Shown: positions 9,427 to 18,152 of the stretch, piece by piece | How the letters are laid out: each line of letters starts with the position of its first letter | Position numbering within the stretch: position 1 is the first letter of the stretch | NCBI GenBank assembly: GCA_965204535.1 | Contig: OZ241996.1 | Coordinates: 852,335 to 916,334, forward strand | Length of the DNA stretch: 64,000 bases | Source of the DNA: a bacterium | GTDB taxonomy: Bacteria; UBA8248 | Direction: 5' to 3' | The notes under the pieces: model-generated | Seen by the model: only the letters and a program-made list of their open reading frames with translations | Told to the model about the DNA's origin: nothing | The model's database searches: none | Made by a program: the position numbers and the translations under genes

Positions 9427-9867
9427 CTAGAACGGGATGTCGTCCCCGGCTACGCCAGCGGCCACCGCCTCGGCGTGCGCGCCGTTGCCGTTACCGTTGC
9501 CATTGCCGTTCCCGTTCACCTTGTCGAGGAACTGCACGCGCCCGCCCGGTGCGATGAGGATCTCGGTCGAGAACCGATCGGAGTCCTCATCGTCCTTCTT
9601 CCAGCGCCTAGTCTGGAGCTTGCCCGCGACGTAGATCAGGCGGCCTTTCTTCGCGTGCCGCTCGAACATGTCCACCAGCCCGGGCTGGAAGGTAACGACC
9701 CGGTGCCACTCGGTCTTGTCCACCCGCTCGCCGGACTGCTTGTCGACGTAGCCCTCGTCGGTCGCGATGGAAAGATTCGCGACGCGCCCCCCGCTCGCGA
9801 GGTGGTTGATGGTGACGTCGGCGCCGAGACGCCCGATCAGTTCCGCTCTGTTGAGTCCGAATGCCAT
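9427..9867 (-). CDS. ssb: single-stranded DNA-binding protein
   Basis: The OB-fold N-terminus is NRAELIGRLGADVTINHLASGGRVANLSIATDE. A (Asn-Gly)6 linker follows, then the canonical acidic tip DDIPF. RBS AAGGAG is present. Confidence 0.95.
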   Translation of the reverse strand: MAFGLNRAELIGRLGADVTINHLASGGRVANLSIATDEGYVDKQSGERVDKTEWHRVVTFQPGLVDMFERHAKKGRLIYVAGKLQTRRWKKDDEDSDRFSTEILIAPGGRVQFLDKVNGNGNGNGNGNGAHAEAVAAGVAGDDIPF

Positions 9868-9948
9868 TGTAGTACTCCTTCAGGTTGTGGTGTGGATGAT
9901 GAAGTGGAAGGGACCGGGAAGCCTCTCTCCCCGATCCCCCGATCTGCC

Positions 9949-10095
9949 CTATTCCCTCCTGAACTCCTCCTCGCCCCCCGTCTCCGGGTGGAGCGCCTCG
10001 GCGCGCAGCTTGCGGATCGTGTACGCGTCGAGTCCGATCTCGGCGAGCAGTTCGTCCGTGGTGGGAACGTCGACGTCGAAGTCGTTCTCGTACAT
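9949..10095 (-). CDS. small acidic hypothetical protein (48 aa, below the ORF-track cutoff)
   Basis: Hand translation gives MYENDFDVDVPTTDELLAEIGLDAYTIRKLRAEALHPETGGEEEFRRE. RBS GAGGAGG lies upstream of ATG 10095 and third codon positions are GC-rich. Confidence 0.3.
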   Translation of the reverse strand: MYENDFDVDVPTTDELLAEIGLDAYTIRKLRAEALHPETGGEEEFRRE

Positions 10096-10780
10096 GGTCC
10101 AGCCTCCTCTGGGGTTGTCGCCGGCGGCGGGAGCTGGAGACCGTCTCCCTCTCCCCTGCCGGGCCTTTGCCCGGCTCCCCGCTTCGCTCCACCTCTGCCC
10201 CGGGAAGGTTCACCGCCGCTCATGACCGCCCGTGGATCTAGAGCGGCCTCCGTCCCGACCGGGTAGTCCCGGAGGGGGAAGGGAGCGGAAGCCCACCCGG
10301 GCCGGTGCGCCGTCAGGGATTCGGATGGATGAGGGGTGGGTGAATGGAGGCGTATCGAGTGGCGGGACTTCCGATGCGGGGTTGTCGGCGACCGCGGCGA
10401 CAGGGACGGCGGTGTCACGGTGGCGGGAATGCTCTGCCGGGTTGCGGCCTCCCCGTGTGGTCGTATCCGGTCCCGCAGCCGGACTCCCTGCCCGCCGGCC
10501 TGCGGGGCGCGCCCGGGTCCGGTTGACGGCGCAGCGGGGTGTCCTTCCCCCCGCCCCCGATGGGAAAGAACCCGGACGGCTCCAGGTCGGCGACCCCCCG
10601 GCGCGGGTTATGGGGTGGCGGCTCCCGCGGTGGCGCGTTCGGGGCCGATGCCGGCGGCGGGACGGCTGCGCAGCAGGGCGGCGCCGAACCCTCCCCCCGG
10701 TCGGGTCCGTCCCCCCCACCGGCGGCAGGCCGGCTGCAAGTGCAGGCCCGGCCCTGAGCCGGCGCTCACTCCCACGCGCT

Positions 10781-10864
10781 GATTATGTTGAGTAAATAGT
10801 TATGGAGAGTTGAGAGGTTCCGGCCCCGCCGGCACTGGCCTTCGGGGCCGGGGTACTCTCCATA
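10781..10864. repeat. RIT terminal inverted repeat (left)
   Basis: gattatgttgagtaaatagttatggagagttgagaggttccggccccgccggcactggccttcggggcc is the exact reverse complement of 14405-14473. It contains the internal hairpin tatggagagt...actctccata with a nested ggccccg/cggggcc stem. Confidence 0.85.
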
Positions 10865-10865
10865 G

Positions 10866-11864
10866 TTATGTGACCCTTGCGTCTCTGAGAATCGCCATCA
10901 ACCTGTCGGGCGCGTTTTTGAAGGAACCCTTCCTGATGCCGGGCGGCAGCCCGGCTGCAAGGATGTCGAACTTCTCCGCCGGGTCGGCTCGAAGATAGGC
11001 TTCGGTGCTTTGTATACCGGCGTGTCCCAGCCACAGGGACACCTTTCGGATGTCGCCTGTGGCTTCGAGCGTGTGCATGGCGCAACTGTGGCGCAGGACG
11101 TGGGGAGAGACGCGCTTGCCGGACAATGACGGCGCATTGCGCCGTGCGGTTTCGACGTGCAGGGCCAGTCGATGCGCGAAGCCATGCCGGCTCATCGCCG
11201 CGCCCCTGGCGTTGAGGAAGAGGTGGTCGTCCCCCCGGTCGGTCCGGATGGCCAGCCAGTCGCGCACAGCTGCTTGCGTCACCTTCCATAGCGGGAGCAC
11301 GCGCCGACGCCGCCCCTTGCCGGTGACATGAACCGTTTCGAGGCCGTGTCCGAGGTCGCTGCAGACCAGGCCGATGAGTTCCGATACCCTCAGAGCGGCG
11401 GCATAAGCGAGATGAAGCATCGCCCTGTCGCGCACGCCTGCCGCGGTCGAGGCCTCGGGCGCATCGAGGACGGCCTGCAGCTCGTCACGCTCGAGGTAAT
11501 CAACGATCGCCTCATCGAATCGCTTCAAAGGGATGGCGCTTATCCCTCCAGCGAGGTCGAGACAGGCCGGGACCCTGTACTCGATATAGCGGAAGAAGGA
11601 CTTGAACGCCCCAAGCCGCAGGTTGCGCGTGCGAACGCTGTTCCCGCGCTCGGTCTCGATATGATCGAGGAAGTCGAGGATGAGTTCGGGGGTGAGCTGT
11701 TCGATCCAGAGTTTGCAGGGCCGGACGCCCAGCCGCCCGGCGGCGAAGCGGACCAGCAGTTCGAAGGCGAAGGAGTAGCTTTCGACCGTATGCCGGCTGG
11801 CGCGCCGGTCACGAGGGAGGTGCTCGCGGAGGAACGCGGCGATGTGGGGAGCGAGTTCGGTCAT
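10866..11864 (-). CDS. tyrosine recombinase, third gene of the RIT trio
   Basis: The start is at MTELAPHIAAF (ATG 11864), overlapping the upstream stop (ATGA). Catalytic motifs are HVLRHSCAMH and LGHAGIQSTEAYL. Confidence 0.85.
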   Translation of the reverse strand: MTELAPHIAAFLREHLPRDRRASRHTVESYSFAFELLVRFAAGRLGVRPCKLWIEQLTPELILDFLDHIETERGNSVRTRNLRLGAFKSFFRYIEYRVPACLDLAGGISAIPLKRFDEAIVDYLERDELQAVLDAPEASTAAGVRDRAMLHLAYAAALRVSELIGLVCSDLGHGLETVHVTGKGRRRRVLPLWKVTQAAVRDWLAIRTDRGDDHLFLNARGAAMSRHGFAHRLALHVETARRNAPSLSGKRVSPHVLRHSCAMHTLEATGDIRKVSLWLGHAGIQSTEAYLRADPAEKFDILAAGLPPGIRKGSFKNAPDRLMAILRDARVT

Positions 11865-12778
11865 GGCGACCCCCTTTCCATGTGAGCGTTCTCCGCTGTT
11901 CGAGCGACTTGCCGAAGCAGCGCCGGCGTGGTTTCGAGATACCAGTACGTGCTCGACACACGCGTGTGTCCCACATAGGTGGTCAGCGCCAGCATGTGCC
12001 GGTTCACGCTGTCCCTGTCCGTCGCGACCGCGTCTTCGAGGGAGCGTACGCAGAAGCTGTGGCGCAGGTCGTGGAGCCGCGGGCCGCGCCTGCCCCGAAG
12101 CCCGGTCCGGCGGGCGAGTTCGATGAACTGTCTGGTCAGGTATCCGGGACACGGGGAGCGGCCGGTCGAGACGACGAAGAGGTGGTCGTCGGACCCGCCG
12201 ACGCGTTTCCTGATCGTCAGGTATCGATCGAGGGCGTCGCGCGTGGTTTCATGGAGTGGGACGAGCCGGCTCTTCCGGAACTTCGTTTCCCGGACGATCA
12301 GCCCGTCGGGGGTGATGTCGGACAGCCTCAGCTTCAGCGCCTCGGAGCGGCGCAGGCCCGTCACCGCCATCAGCCCGATCATGTAATGGCAGGTATGGGG
12401 CGTGATCGAGCCGGCAGGTCCCAGGGACAACGCCGCCTCCATGATTCGCCCGATTTGCTCTCGCGTCATCAGGCGCGGCGGGGGCCTTCGCGGTCTCGTT
12501 CGGTCGGGCACGGCCCGTGGAGGCACCTCGTGGCGCTCGTCCTCGGCGTGCAGCCAGACGGCGAAGAGGCGTACAATGGACAGCCTGTTGTATATGCTTG
12601 CAGGCGAGGGCGCCTCGTTGGCCCAGCCGAGTATCGTGTCGTTGCGGGTGAAGCGCTCGCCGCGCGCCATGGCGCGGGCGGCAAATGCCCGCAGCGACTG
12701 TTCCCACCACGTGGGCTTGTAGCCCAACCTCCGCCTGAACGCGGCGTAACGTTCGACATGGTCTCTCATGGTGCTCAT
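11861..12778 (-). CDS. tyrosine recombinase, second gene of the RIT trio
   Basis: The start is at MSTMRDHVERY (ATG 12778), overlapping the upstream stop (ATGA). Motifs are HDLRHSFCV and VGHTRVSSTYWYL. Confidence 0.85.
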   Translation of the reverse strand: MSTMRDHVERYAAFRRRLGYKPTWWEQSLRAFAARAMARGERFTRNDTILGWANEAPSPASIYNRLSIVRLFAVWLHAEDERHEVPPRAVPDRTRPRRPPPRLMTREQIGRIMEAALSLGPAGSITPHTCHYMIGLMAVTGLRRSEALKLRLSDITPDGLIVRETKFRKSRLVPLHETTRDALDRYLTIRKRVGGSDDHLFVVSTGRSPCPGYLTRQFIELARRTGLRGRRGPRLHDLRHSFCVRSLEDAVATDRDSVNRHMLALTTYVGHTRVSSTYWYLETTPALLRQVARTAENAHMERGSP

Positions 12779-14343
12779 CGCAGGCCTCCTATCCAGGGCT
12801 GCGCTACCTCTCGCAGCATGCTTACATCGACCTTGGCGTAGATGGTCGTGGCGTCCGGCGAACGGTGGCGAAGCAGGGCGCCGATGCTCTCCAGCGACGC
12901 CCCGGCGCGAAGAAGACCCGTTGCGGCGGAATGGCGCAGCAGATGAGCGCCCCGCCCGCCGGGACTTTCCACGCCGGCCCGCCGCAGCGCCACGGACACG
13001 ATCTGGGATATCTGTCCGGAGCAACTGAACGGCCGGTAGGGCGGGAGAACGCGCAGGAAGACCTTCTCTTCGTCCACCCTCGGGCGCGCATGCTCGATGT
13101 AGTCCAGCAGTGCGTCGCCGGCGTCCTGGGGAAGCGGCAACCGCACCGCTCGCTTCGATTTCCCGCTGACGATGAGCCGCGCGTTTTGCCAGTCGATGTC
13201 GCTCAGACGAAGGCCGGAGACGTCGCCCGCCCGCAGGGCGAGCCGGGCAAGCAGCAGCAGGATGGCCCGGTCCCGCATGCCCTTTCGCGTCCCCAGGTCA
13301 CAGGAGTCGATCACGCGCTCGACCTCATCGAGGGGCAGATAGCGGGGCAGCGTCGAGAGGCGCCACCCCGGAGCCTTCGGAACGGCGCCGAGCAGGCTCG
13401 GCCGGCAATCCCCCTTCGAGGCCAGGAACCGCAGATACATCCGCATGGTTCCGGCCAGCCTTTTTCCTTCTCCCGGGGAGAGTTTCGCGAAGTGGCGCAG
13501 CAGCACGTTCCTGATCAGGCGCGCGTCGTAGCGGCCCGGATCGTCGCCGAGTTCCGCAACAGGCGGGGAGATTTTCCTGACATGCGCCCGTATGGTGCGT
13601 TCGCCGATGCCGCGATGATGCTTCAGCCAGGCGCGGAACTCACCGAAGCCCGCCTCCGGGTCGTTGCCGGCGGCCAAGGCGGCGCGCGGCGCCGCTCCCC
13701 GCCCGGCGAGGAATTTCACGAACTGCTCGACCGGCGCCTCGCGTCGCTTTTGGGGAACGTCCGGGCGGCGTCTATGGAATCCAACAAAACGCAGGCACAG
13801 GCACTCATGCCCGACGAACTCTTCCACCGTGCCCGCGTCAATCTCCTTCATCGCGAGCCGCGAACCATGGAGCCAAACGAGGAAGTGCCGGCATGCACTC
13901 CGGTACGACCTCAGCGTTTTGGATGCGTAACCCTCCGCCCGGCGCCGGCTCAGGAACTCCTCCAAAAGTCGAAAGCCCTCGTCGAGTTCCCCCGGATGCG
14001 GAATGCGACCGCTCTCCTCGAGGAACCGCACCAGCCGGACAGCCCCCGACACGAACTCCCGGCAGCGCCTCGCGTCTCCCTTGCAAGGATCACCGCGTTT
14101 CTTCCGCTCACACGGGCAATTGTGATGGCGAAAACGCCGCAATACGGTGTCATCGATTGCTTCGAGCGCCGTACCCTCCCTTTCCAGCCAGATCAGGAAG
14201 TGCCGTGCCGAAGGGCGAAGCTGGGCGATTCGACGCTCGGACAATCCCTCTCGCCTCAGGTGTTCCACGAACTCCGATAGGCATCCAGACCATGGTTCTC
14301 CGGCCTCGTGCGGCAACGCCGCGTGTCGCGTCTCTTGTGACAT
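12775..14343 (-). CDS. tyrosine recombinase, first and largest gene of the RIT trio
   Basis: 522-aa ORF with two SAM-like N-terminal core-binding repeats (HFLIWLEREG, HFLVWLHGS). Catalytic motifs are HLLRHSAATGLL and LRHRSPDATTIYAKV. Confidence 0.85.
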   Translation of the reverse strand: MSQETRHAALPHEAGEPWSGCLSEFVEHLRREGLSERRIAQLRPSARHFLIWLEREGTALEAIDDTVLRRFRHHNCPCERKKRGDPCKGDARRCREFVSGAVRLVRFLEESGRIPHPGELDEGFRLLEEFLSRRRAEGYASKTLRSYRSACRHFLVWLHGSRLAMKEIDAGTVEEFVGHECLCLRFVGFHRRRPDVPQKRREAPVEQFVKFLAGRGAAPRAALAAGNDPEAGFGEFRAWLKHHRGIGERTIRAHVRKISPPVAELGDDPGRYDARLIRNVLLRHFAKLSPGEGKRLAGTMRMYLRFLASKGDCRPSLLGAVPKAPGWRLSTLPRYLPLDEVERVIDSCDLGTRKGMRDRAILLLLARLALRAGDVSGLRLSDIDWQNARLIVSGKSKRAVRLPLPQDAGDALLDYIEHARPRVDEEKVFLRVLPPYRPFSCSGQISQIVSVALRRAGVESPGGRGAHLLRHSAATGLLRAGASLESIGALLRHRSPDATTIYAKVDVSMLREVAQPWIGGLR

Positions 14344-14389
14344 TTGCGTTCTCCTCTCGCTGTGAATGGGCAGAGGAGAACCATATTAT

Positions 14390-14473
14390 TATGGAGAGTA
14401 TTCTGGCCCCGAAGGCCAGTGCCGGCGGGGCCGGAACCTCTCAACTCTCCATAACTATTTACTCAACATAATC
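14390..14473. repeat. RIT terminal inverted repeat (right)
   Basis: Reverse complement of 10781-10864. The outer 69 bp are identical and the inner 15 bp have 3 mismatches. Confidence 0.85.
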
Positions 14474-14474
14474 A

Positions 14475-14500
14475 CTGCTATGTAGAGCTCTACATAGCAG
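14475..14500. repeat. 26-bp perfect palindrome ctgctatgtagag|ctctacatagcag abutting the RIT end
   Basis: Read directly. It starts 2 nt from the RIT inverted repeat and contains the TAG stop (14490-14492) of the Zn-ribbon gene. Confidence 0.9.
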
Positions 14501-15296
14501 CGAGTGTTGCCATAGGCGACTGGTCGGTAAGCACCTCGACCTCATCCCGTGAGAGTTTGCTGAACGCGAGGCACATCGCCACCTCCTCCCAGGAGTCGAG
14601 AGGTCCGTGCTCGGCGCCCGTGGCTAGTTCGACCACGGTGTAGCACGGCGGATGGATGGGCATCCCCTTGTGCTCGCTTGATGAGAGATACGATCGGCGC
14701 GCGCAGGGAGTGCATCTCACCCCTGCGTCCGCATCGACGCCGCAGTCGACGCAACGCCTGCGTGCCCGCCTGTCGCGATAGCGTTTCCTGCTCGCGGCGT
14801 TCTTCTTCGTTGAACGGGATTGCTCGCGCGCGGCGCAGGCTTCGCACCTGGAAGCTCCTGCGAAGACCTCTCCTCCGCACCGACCGCATCGCCCACCGGC
14901 GCGCCTTTCGGCGTAGAGTTTCTTCTCGCTCGCGCGCCTCGTCTCCCGGCAGGGTTCGCAGACGGCGCCGTCCTCGACGGGCTCGCGTCCGCAGCGCGGG
15001 CACAAGCCGGCTTCCACCCGCTCGCGCCTGCGCTTCCTCGCCCTCTCGCGCGCCATGCGGCGGCGGCTCTCGGGGCAGCGTCCGCCATATTGCGCTCCCT
15101 CTGCTTTTGCCTCCTGGTAGCGGGCGCGCCCGGCGGCACGTTCCCTCTCGCCGCAGGGTTCACAGACCCTGCGCCCGGGGGCAGGCCGGTGTTTGCCGCA
15201 CTTGGGGCACAAGCCTTGCGCGCGTCGCTCGGCGGTGCGTTTGCGGTGGCGCTCGCGCTCATAAGCGCGTCGCCTCTCCGGGTCCCTGTGTGGCAT
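14490..15296 (-). CDS. Arg-rich protein with four tandem CxxC-Xn-CxxC zinc-ribbon repeats
   Basis: The start is at MPHRDPERRR (ATG 15296, RBS GGGAGGGA). Repeats are CPKCG..CEPCG, CPRCG..CEPCR, CGRCG..CEACA and CVDCG..CTPCA, each preceded by basic RxxYxxxR helices. A non-repetitive C-terminal domain follows. Confidence 0.65.
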   Translation of the reverse strand: MPHRDPERRRAYERERHRKRTAERRAQGLCPKCGKHRPAPGRRVCEPCGERERAAGRARYQEAKAEGAQYGGRCPESRRRMARERARKRRRERVEAGLCPRCGREPVEDGAVCEPCRETRRASEKKLYAERRAGGRCGRCGGEVFAGASRCEACAAREQSRSTKKNAASRKRYRDRRARRRCVDCGVDADAGVRCTPCARRSYLSSSEHKGMPIHPPCYTVVELATGAEHGPLDSWEEVAMCLAFSKLSRDEVEVLTDQSPMATLAAM

Positions 15297-15388
15297 CCCG
15301 TCTCCCTCCCTGGGATGGATGGAATCGTTCGGCCGGCGCCGGGCCGGCGAGACGTCTTGCGGGCGGAAGTCCTCCGGGGGGGAGTTCC

Positions 15389-15688
15389 TCACCGGGTGAG
15401 CATCCGGGCCCACACGAGGTGCTCGCCCCAGAGCTGAAGCCCGCTGCCGGGGACCCGGAGCCCCGTGCAGACGATGAGCTCGTCGCGTGCGGGCCGCATC
15501 TCCCGGACCGCCCTGCGCGAGGCGGTCACGCGTTTCCTTCTGCGGCCTGCCTTGTCCCGGGCTGGCACGGGCCTGATCTTGCCCCCCTCTGCGGATCTGT
15601 AGCGTTCCACGGCGTATCGCTCGTCCGCCAGGCCCAGGGTGAAGAGATGGGTGAGGAAGGTGTCCGCTTCCGGTCTGGGTTTCCGCAT
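15389..15688 (-). CDS. hypothetical protein (99 aa)
   Basis: The ORF has strongly G/C-biased third codon positions on hand translation. No recognisable motif. Confidence 0.45.
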   Translation of the reverse strand: MRKPRPEADTFLTHLFTLGLADERYAVERYRSAEGGKIRPVPARDKAGRRRKRVTASRRAVREMRPARDELIVCTGLRVPGSGLQLWGEHLVWARMLTR

Positions 15689-15864
15689 CGCGCGCCTCCT
15701 TGTAAAGGGGTGGATGATGGCGGCGAAGAACGTCCTCTCCCCGACGCCCCTCCGCCGCCCCCTCCCGGCCGGACTCCGCCTCTCGGGGGCGCAGAGCCAC
15801 CCCGTCGGCGGGAAAGACGGCGGTCCGGTTGTTCAGGGGAGTCTTCGTTCGGCCTGGGGGCCTT

Positions 15865-16206
15865 CTACGGGAAGGGTGCGTCCGGGTCCTGGCTGAACAG
15901 TTCCTCCTCCTCGGCATCGCGGCGCCAGGCGTAGCGTCCCGTCCGGGCGGACCACTCGAAGTCCTCTTCTTTCCTGTCGGGCAGTTCGTAGCGAGCGAAG
16001 GCGGACCAGTCCCCGTGGCGGAACCCCCGCCACAGGACGCACGAAAGAGCCGTGAGGAGGCCCCAGAGAGCCGCAGAGATCCAGACGGCCCCCAGGTGGC
16101 GGAGGCCGCTACCGGCCGCGAGAAGGAGAATTGTGGCGAGGAGCGCTGTGGCGGGTCCCGCGAGTACGAGCAGCCTCGCGGAGCGGGATGGATTGTTCTT
16201 CGTCAT
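15865..16206 (-). CDS. small membrane protein (2 predicted TM helices)
   Basis: Helices are LLVLAGPATALLATILLLAA and VWISAALWGLLTALSCVLW, followed by an acidic tail. Confidence 0.5.
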   Translation of the reverse strand: MTKNNPSRSARLLVLAGPATALLATILLLAAGSGLRHLGAVWISAALWGLLTALSCVLWRGFRHGDWSAFARYELPDRKEEDFEWSARTGRYAWRRDAEEEELFSQDPDAPFP

Positions 16207-16585
16207 GGCCGTGCCTCCAAGGTTGCGGGCGTGTGGACTGCGGGGGCGCCGCCCGGCCTCTCCGGCCCCGGCTCCCGCGCCCCCTCACGGCCCGCCTCTG
16301 CCTCTCGCCGGTGCAGTGCGCGGTCCGGCGAAAAAAATATCGCACCCCAGCACAGTTGGTCGTATGCGAGTCCGCGTATGGCGCGCAGGTGTTGGAAACT
16401 GGATATCGAAAACTCTTGCAAACGGGCGGCTTTTGTTTTATTTCCGTCCTAAGTGCGGACGGTGCGGATTCCCGTCTGTATGACGCGGAACGGACGAAGG
16501 AGATGAAAGCCGGACAGTTGCGCAAGAAAAGTGGAAACCTGGACAGGTATCGGACTCTCGATTGCGGTGTGATGTGGAGGAGATT

Positions 16586-17389
16586 GTGAAGCGCTTTCCT
16601 GAACTCAAAGATAAGAGTCAGCGCGGGAGCAAACCACGTTGCCATCTGTTTGCTGACGGCGGTAAAGCCGAAGTTGCGGGCCGGTTGACGGCGCTGGTGA
16701 AACCCTACGGCTCTGTTACGATGGCTGACCAGTGGATGCCTGCCGGATTCGATGATGTAGAGGAGGTGCAGCTTCACAAGCCAAACACGCTGATCCCCGA
16801 TGAGATGAGCCTTGAGTTGAAGAAATGGTGGTTCAAGGTTCCAGGCGGTTTGGCACCCAACTGGGACATTGTCAGTCAATGTGTCGTTAGAAGTGGCAGC
16901 CAAGCGAAGCGAGGATTACTGCTTGTCGAAGCCAAGGCACACGACGCGGAGTTGGAGAGAGAAGCGGGGGACAAGAAGCTGAGGGCCGGCGCCAACTGCA
17001 ACAGCCGTCACAATCACGAGAGGATTGGAAGGGCGATAGAGGAAGCGAATGTCGGCCTTCGGTCGCTTACGGGCGACATGGGATGGTCGCTATCGCGGGA
17101 CAGCTGCTACCAGATGGCTAACCGGTTCGCCTGGGCATGGAAGCTGGTGAGTCTCGGCATGCCGGTAGTGTTGGTGTATCTGGGGTTTTTGGACGCAATC
17201 GAGATGTCGGACGAAAGCAATCCGTTCCGCCGGCATGCGGAATGGGTCGAGTGCGTCAAGATGCACGCCATAGGCAAGGTTCCTGAAGAGGCTTGGGACC
17301 GCAGTTGGATGGCACCCGATGGAACTTCTTTCGTGCCGCGTATCATGTCTGTCCGTCAGTCGCTCACGGCTACAAGAATGTGCCCTTGA
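16586..17389 (+). CDS. hypothetical protein with PD-(D/E)xK-like motif
   Basis: GTG 16586 is preceded by GGAGGAG. The motif GLLLVEAKAHDAEL resembles a restriction-endonuclease-fold E-x-K core. GC is lower than in the flanks. Confidence 0.5.
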   Translation: MKRFPELKDKSQRGSKPRCHLFADGGKAEVAGRLTALVKPYGSVTMADQWMPAGFDDVEEVQLHKPNTLIPDEMSLELKKWWFKVPGGLAPNWDIVSQCVVRSGSQAKRGLLLVEAKAHDAELEREAGDKKLRAGANCNSRHNHERIGRAIEEANVGLRSLTGDMGWSLSRDSCYQMANRFAWAWKLVSLGMPVVLVYLGFLDAIEMSDESNPFRRHAEWVECVKMHAIGKVPEEAWDRSWMAPDGTSFVPRIMSVRQSLTATRMCP

Positions 17390-17789
17390 GTGGTCATGAG
17401 CCACGATCCGGAGAGCGGGGAACGGGTTGCCGCTATCCGGCATCTGTGTACGCTGTCCCGTTTTCGGAAGCCATTGCGCTGGTTTTGCAAGAAGTGAGTC
17501 TACGAGCGGACTCGCCTCTGGCGGCGATGGAGTCCTTGCCGTCCTGGCGATATCTCGACGGCGTAATGCGCAGCATTTGCTGCCCGGAACGTCCACCGTG
17601 TCCACGGAACCAACTCCTCCGGCCATTTCGTCGTCGAATGGTCCTACGCGGTGAAAGGAACGCTATGTGCCATGAAGGCCAACCACGCGTTCAGGTGATG
17701 GTTGCCGTAATAAGTACAGGCGGGACTCGGGCACCAGTGGATCCAGGATGCGGAGTGACAAAGCTCCTCGAACGGGTTCGCCTCGTCGT

Positions 17790-18152
17790 TCATACGCGAT
17801 CCATCCTCCCACTGAGGCGCGCACGCCGCTGATGAGCAAGGCTGGGCCTATAGCAGGTGATAACCATTTCGCCCACGGCGACGACCTTGAGGCCTCTCAG
17901 CCGCTCAAGCCGTTGTATACTCCGCTTGAGGGCGCGATCGAGTCGCTGCTTCCTGCTCTTCAGGCTGCGCCGATGCTGTCGGAACTTGCGCTTGAGGTTT
18001 TCCACTTCACGTTTTACATCGGAGTCCCTCATAAACCAGACTTCGGGAGCGATCTGCGTTCCGAAGTCCAGTACCAAACCGATGTCCTCATCCCGGACCG
18101 CCCGCTGGCTCATGCGGGTCATGGCGTGGCTGGTGAATTTGTAATCAGGCAT
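17790..18152 (-). CDS. DUF4258-like toxin candidate
   Basis: The start is at MPDYKFTSHAMTRMSQRAV (ATG 18152). The H-A-x-x-R-x-x-x-R signature fits DUF4258. It overlaps the upstream XRE gene by 8 nt. Confidence 0.5.
   Translation of the reverse strand: MPDYKFTSHAMTRMSQRAVRDEDIGLVLDFGTQIAPEVWFMRDSDVKREVENLKRKFRQHRRSLKSRKQRLDRALKRSIQRLERLRGLKVVAVGEMVITCYRPSLAHQRRARLSGRMDRV

Larger units (their letters stand above)
10781..14473 (-). mobile_element. recombinase-in-trio (RIT) element
   Basis: Three tandem tyrosine-recombinase genes with ATGA start/stop overlaps are flanked by terminal inverted repeats of about 84 bp. The outer 69 bp of the repeats are identical. Confidence 0.8.

Noticed and set aside
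9480-9530. Short-period repeats examined as a possible CRISPR or tandem array
   Set aside because: The gttacc/gttgcc hexamer run is the coding (Asn-Gly)n linker of ssb. Nowhere in the window is there a repeat-spacer-repeat architecture. The other repeats (44-bp x2 at 27938-28039 and TACCA-N3-TGGTA x3) are explained by the IS end and by operator-like sites.
11882-14280. Plus-strand ORFs 11882-12841 and 12865-14280 (319 and 471 aa)
   Set aside because: They are antisense to the RIT tyrosine recombinases, which show R..HxxR..Y motifs and ATGA coupling on the minus strand.
14678-15934. 418-aa plus-strand ORF, plus the N-terminal 207 codons of minus-strand ORF 14490-15917
   Set aside because: The plus ORF is antisense to the Zn-ribbon gene. 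The upstream extension of the minus ORF is Arg/Pro/Gly-rich and runs through a separately coding 99-aa ORF in another frame. ATG 15296, which has a good RBS, is preferred as the start.
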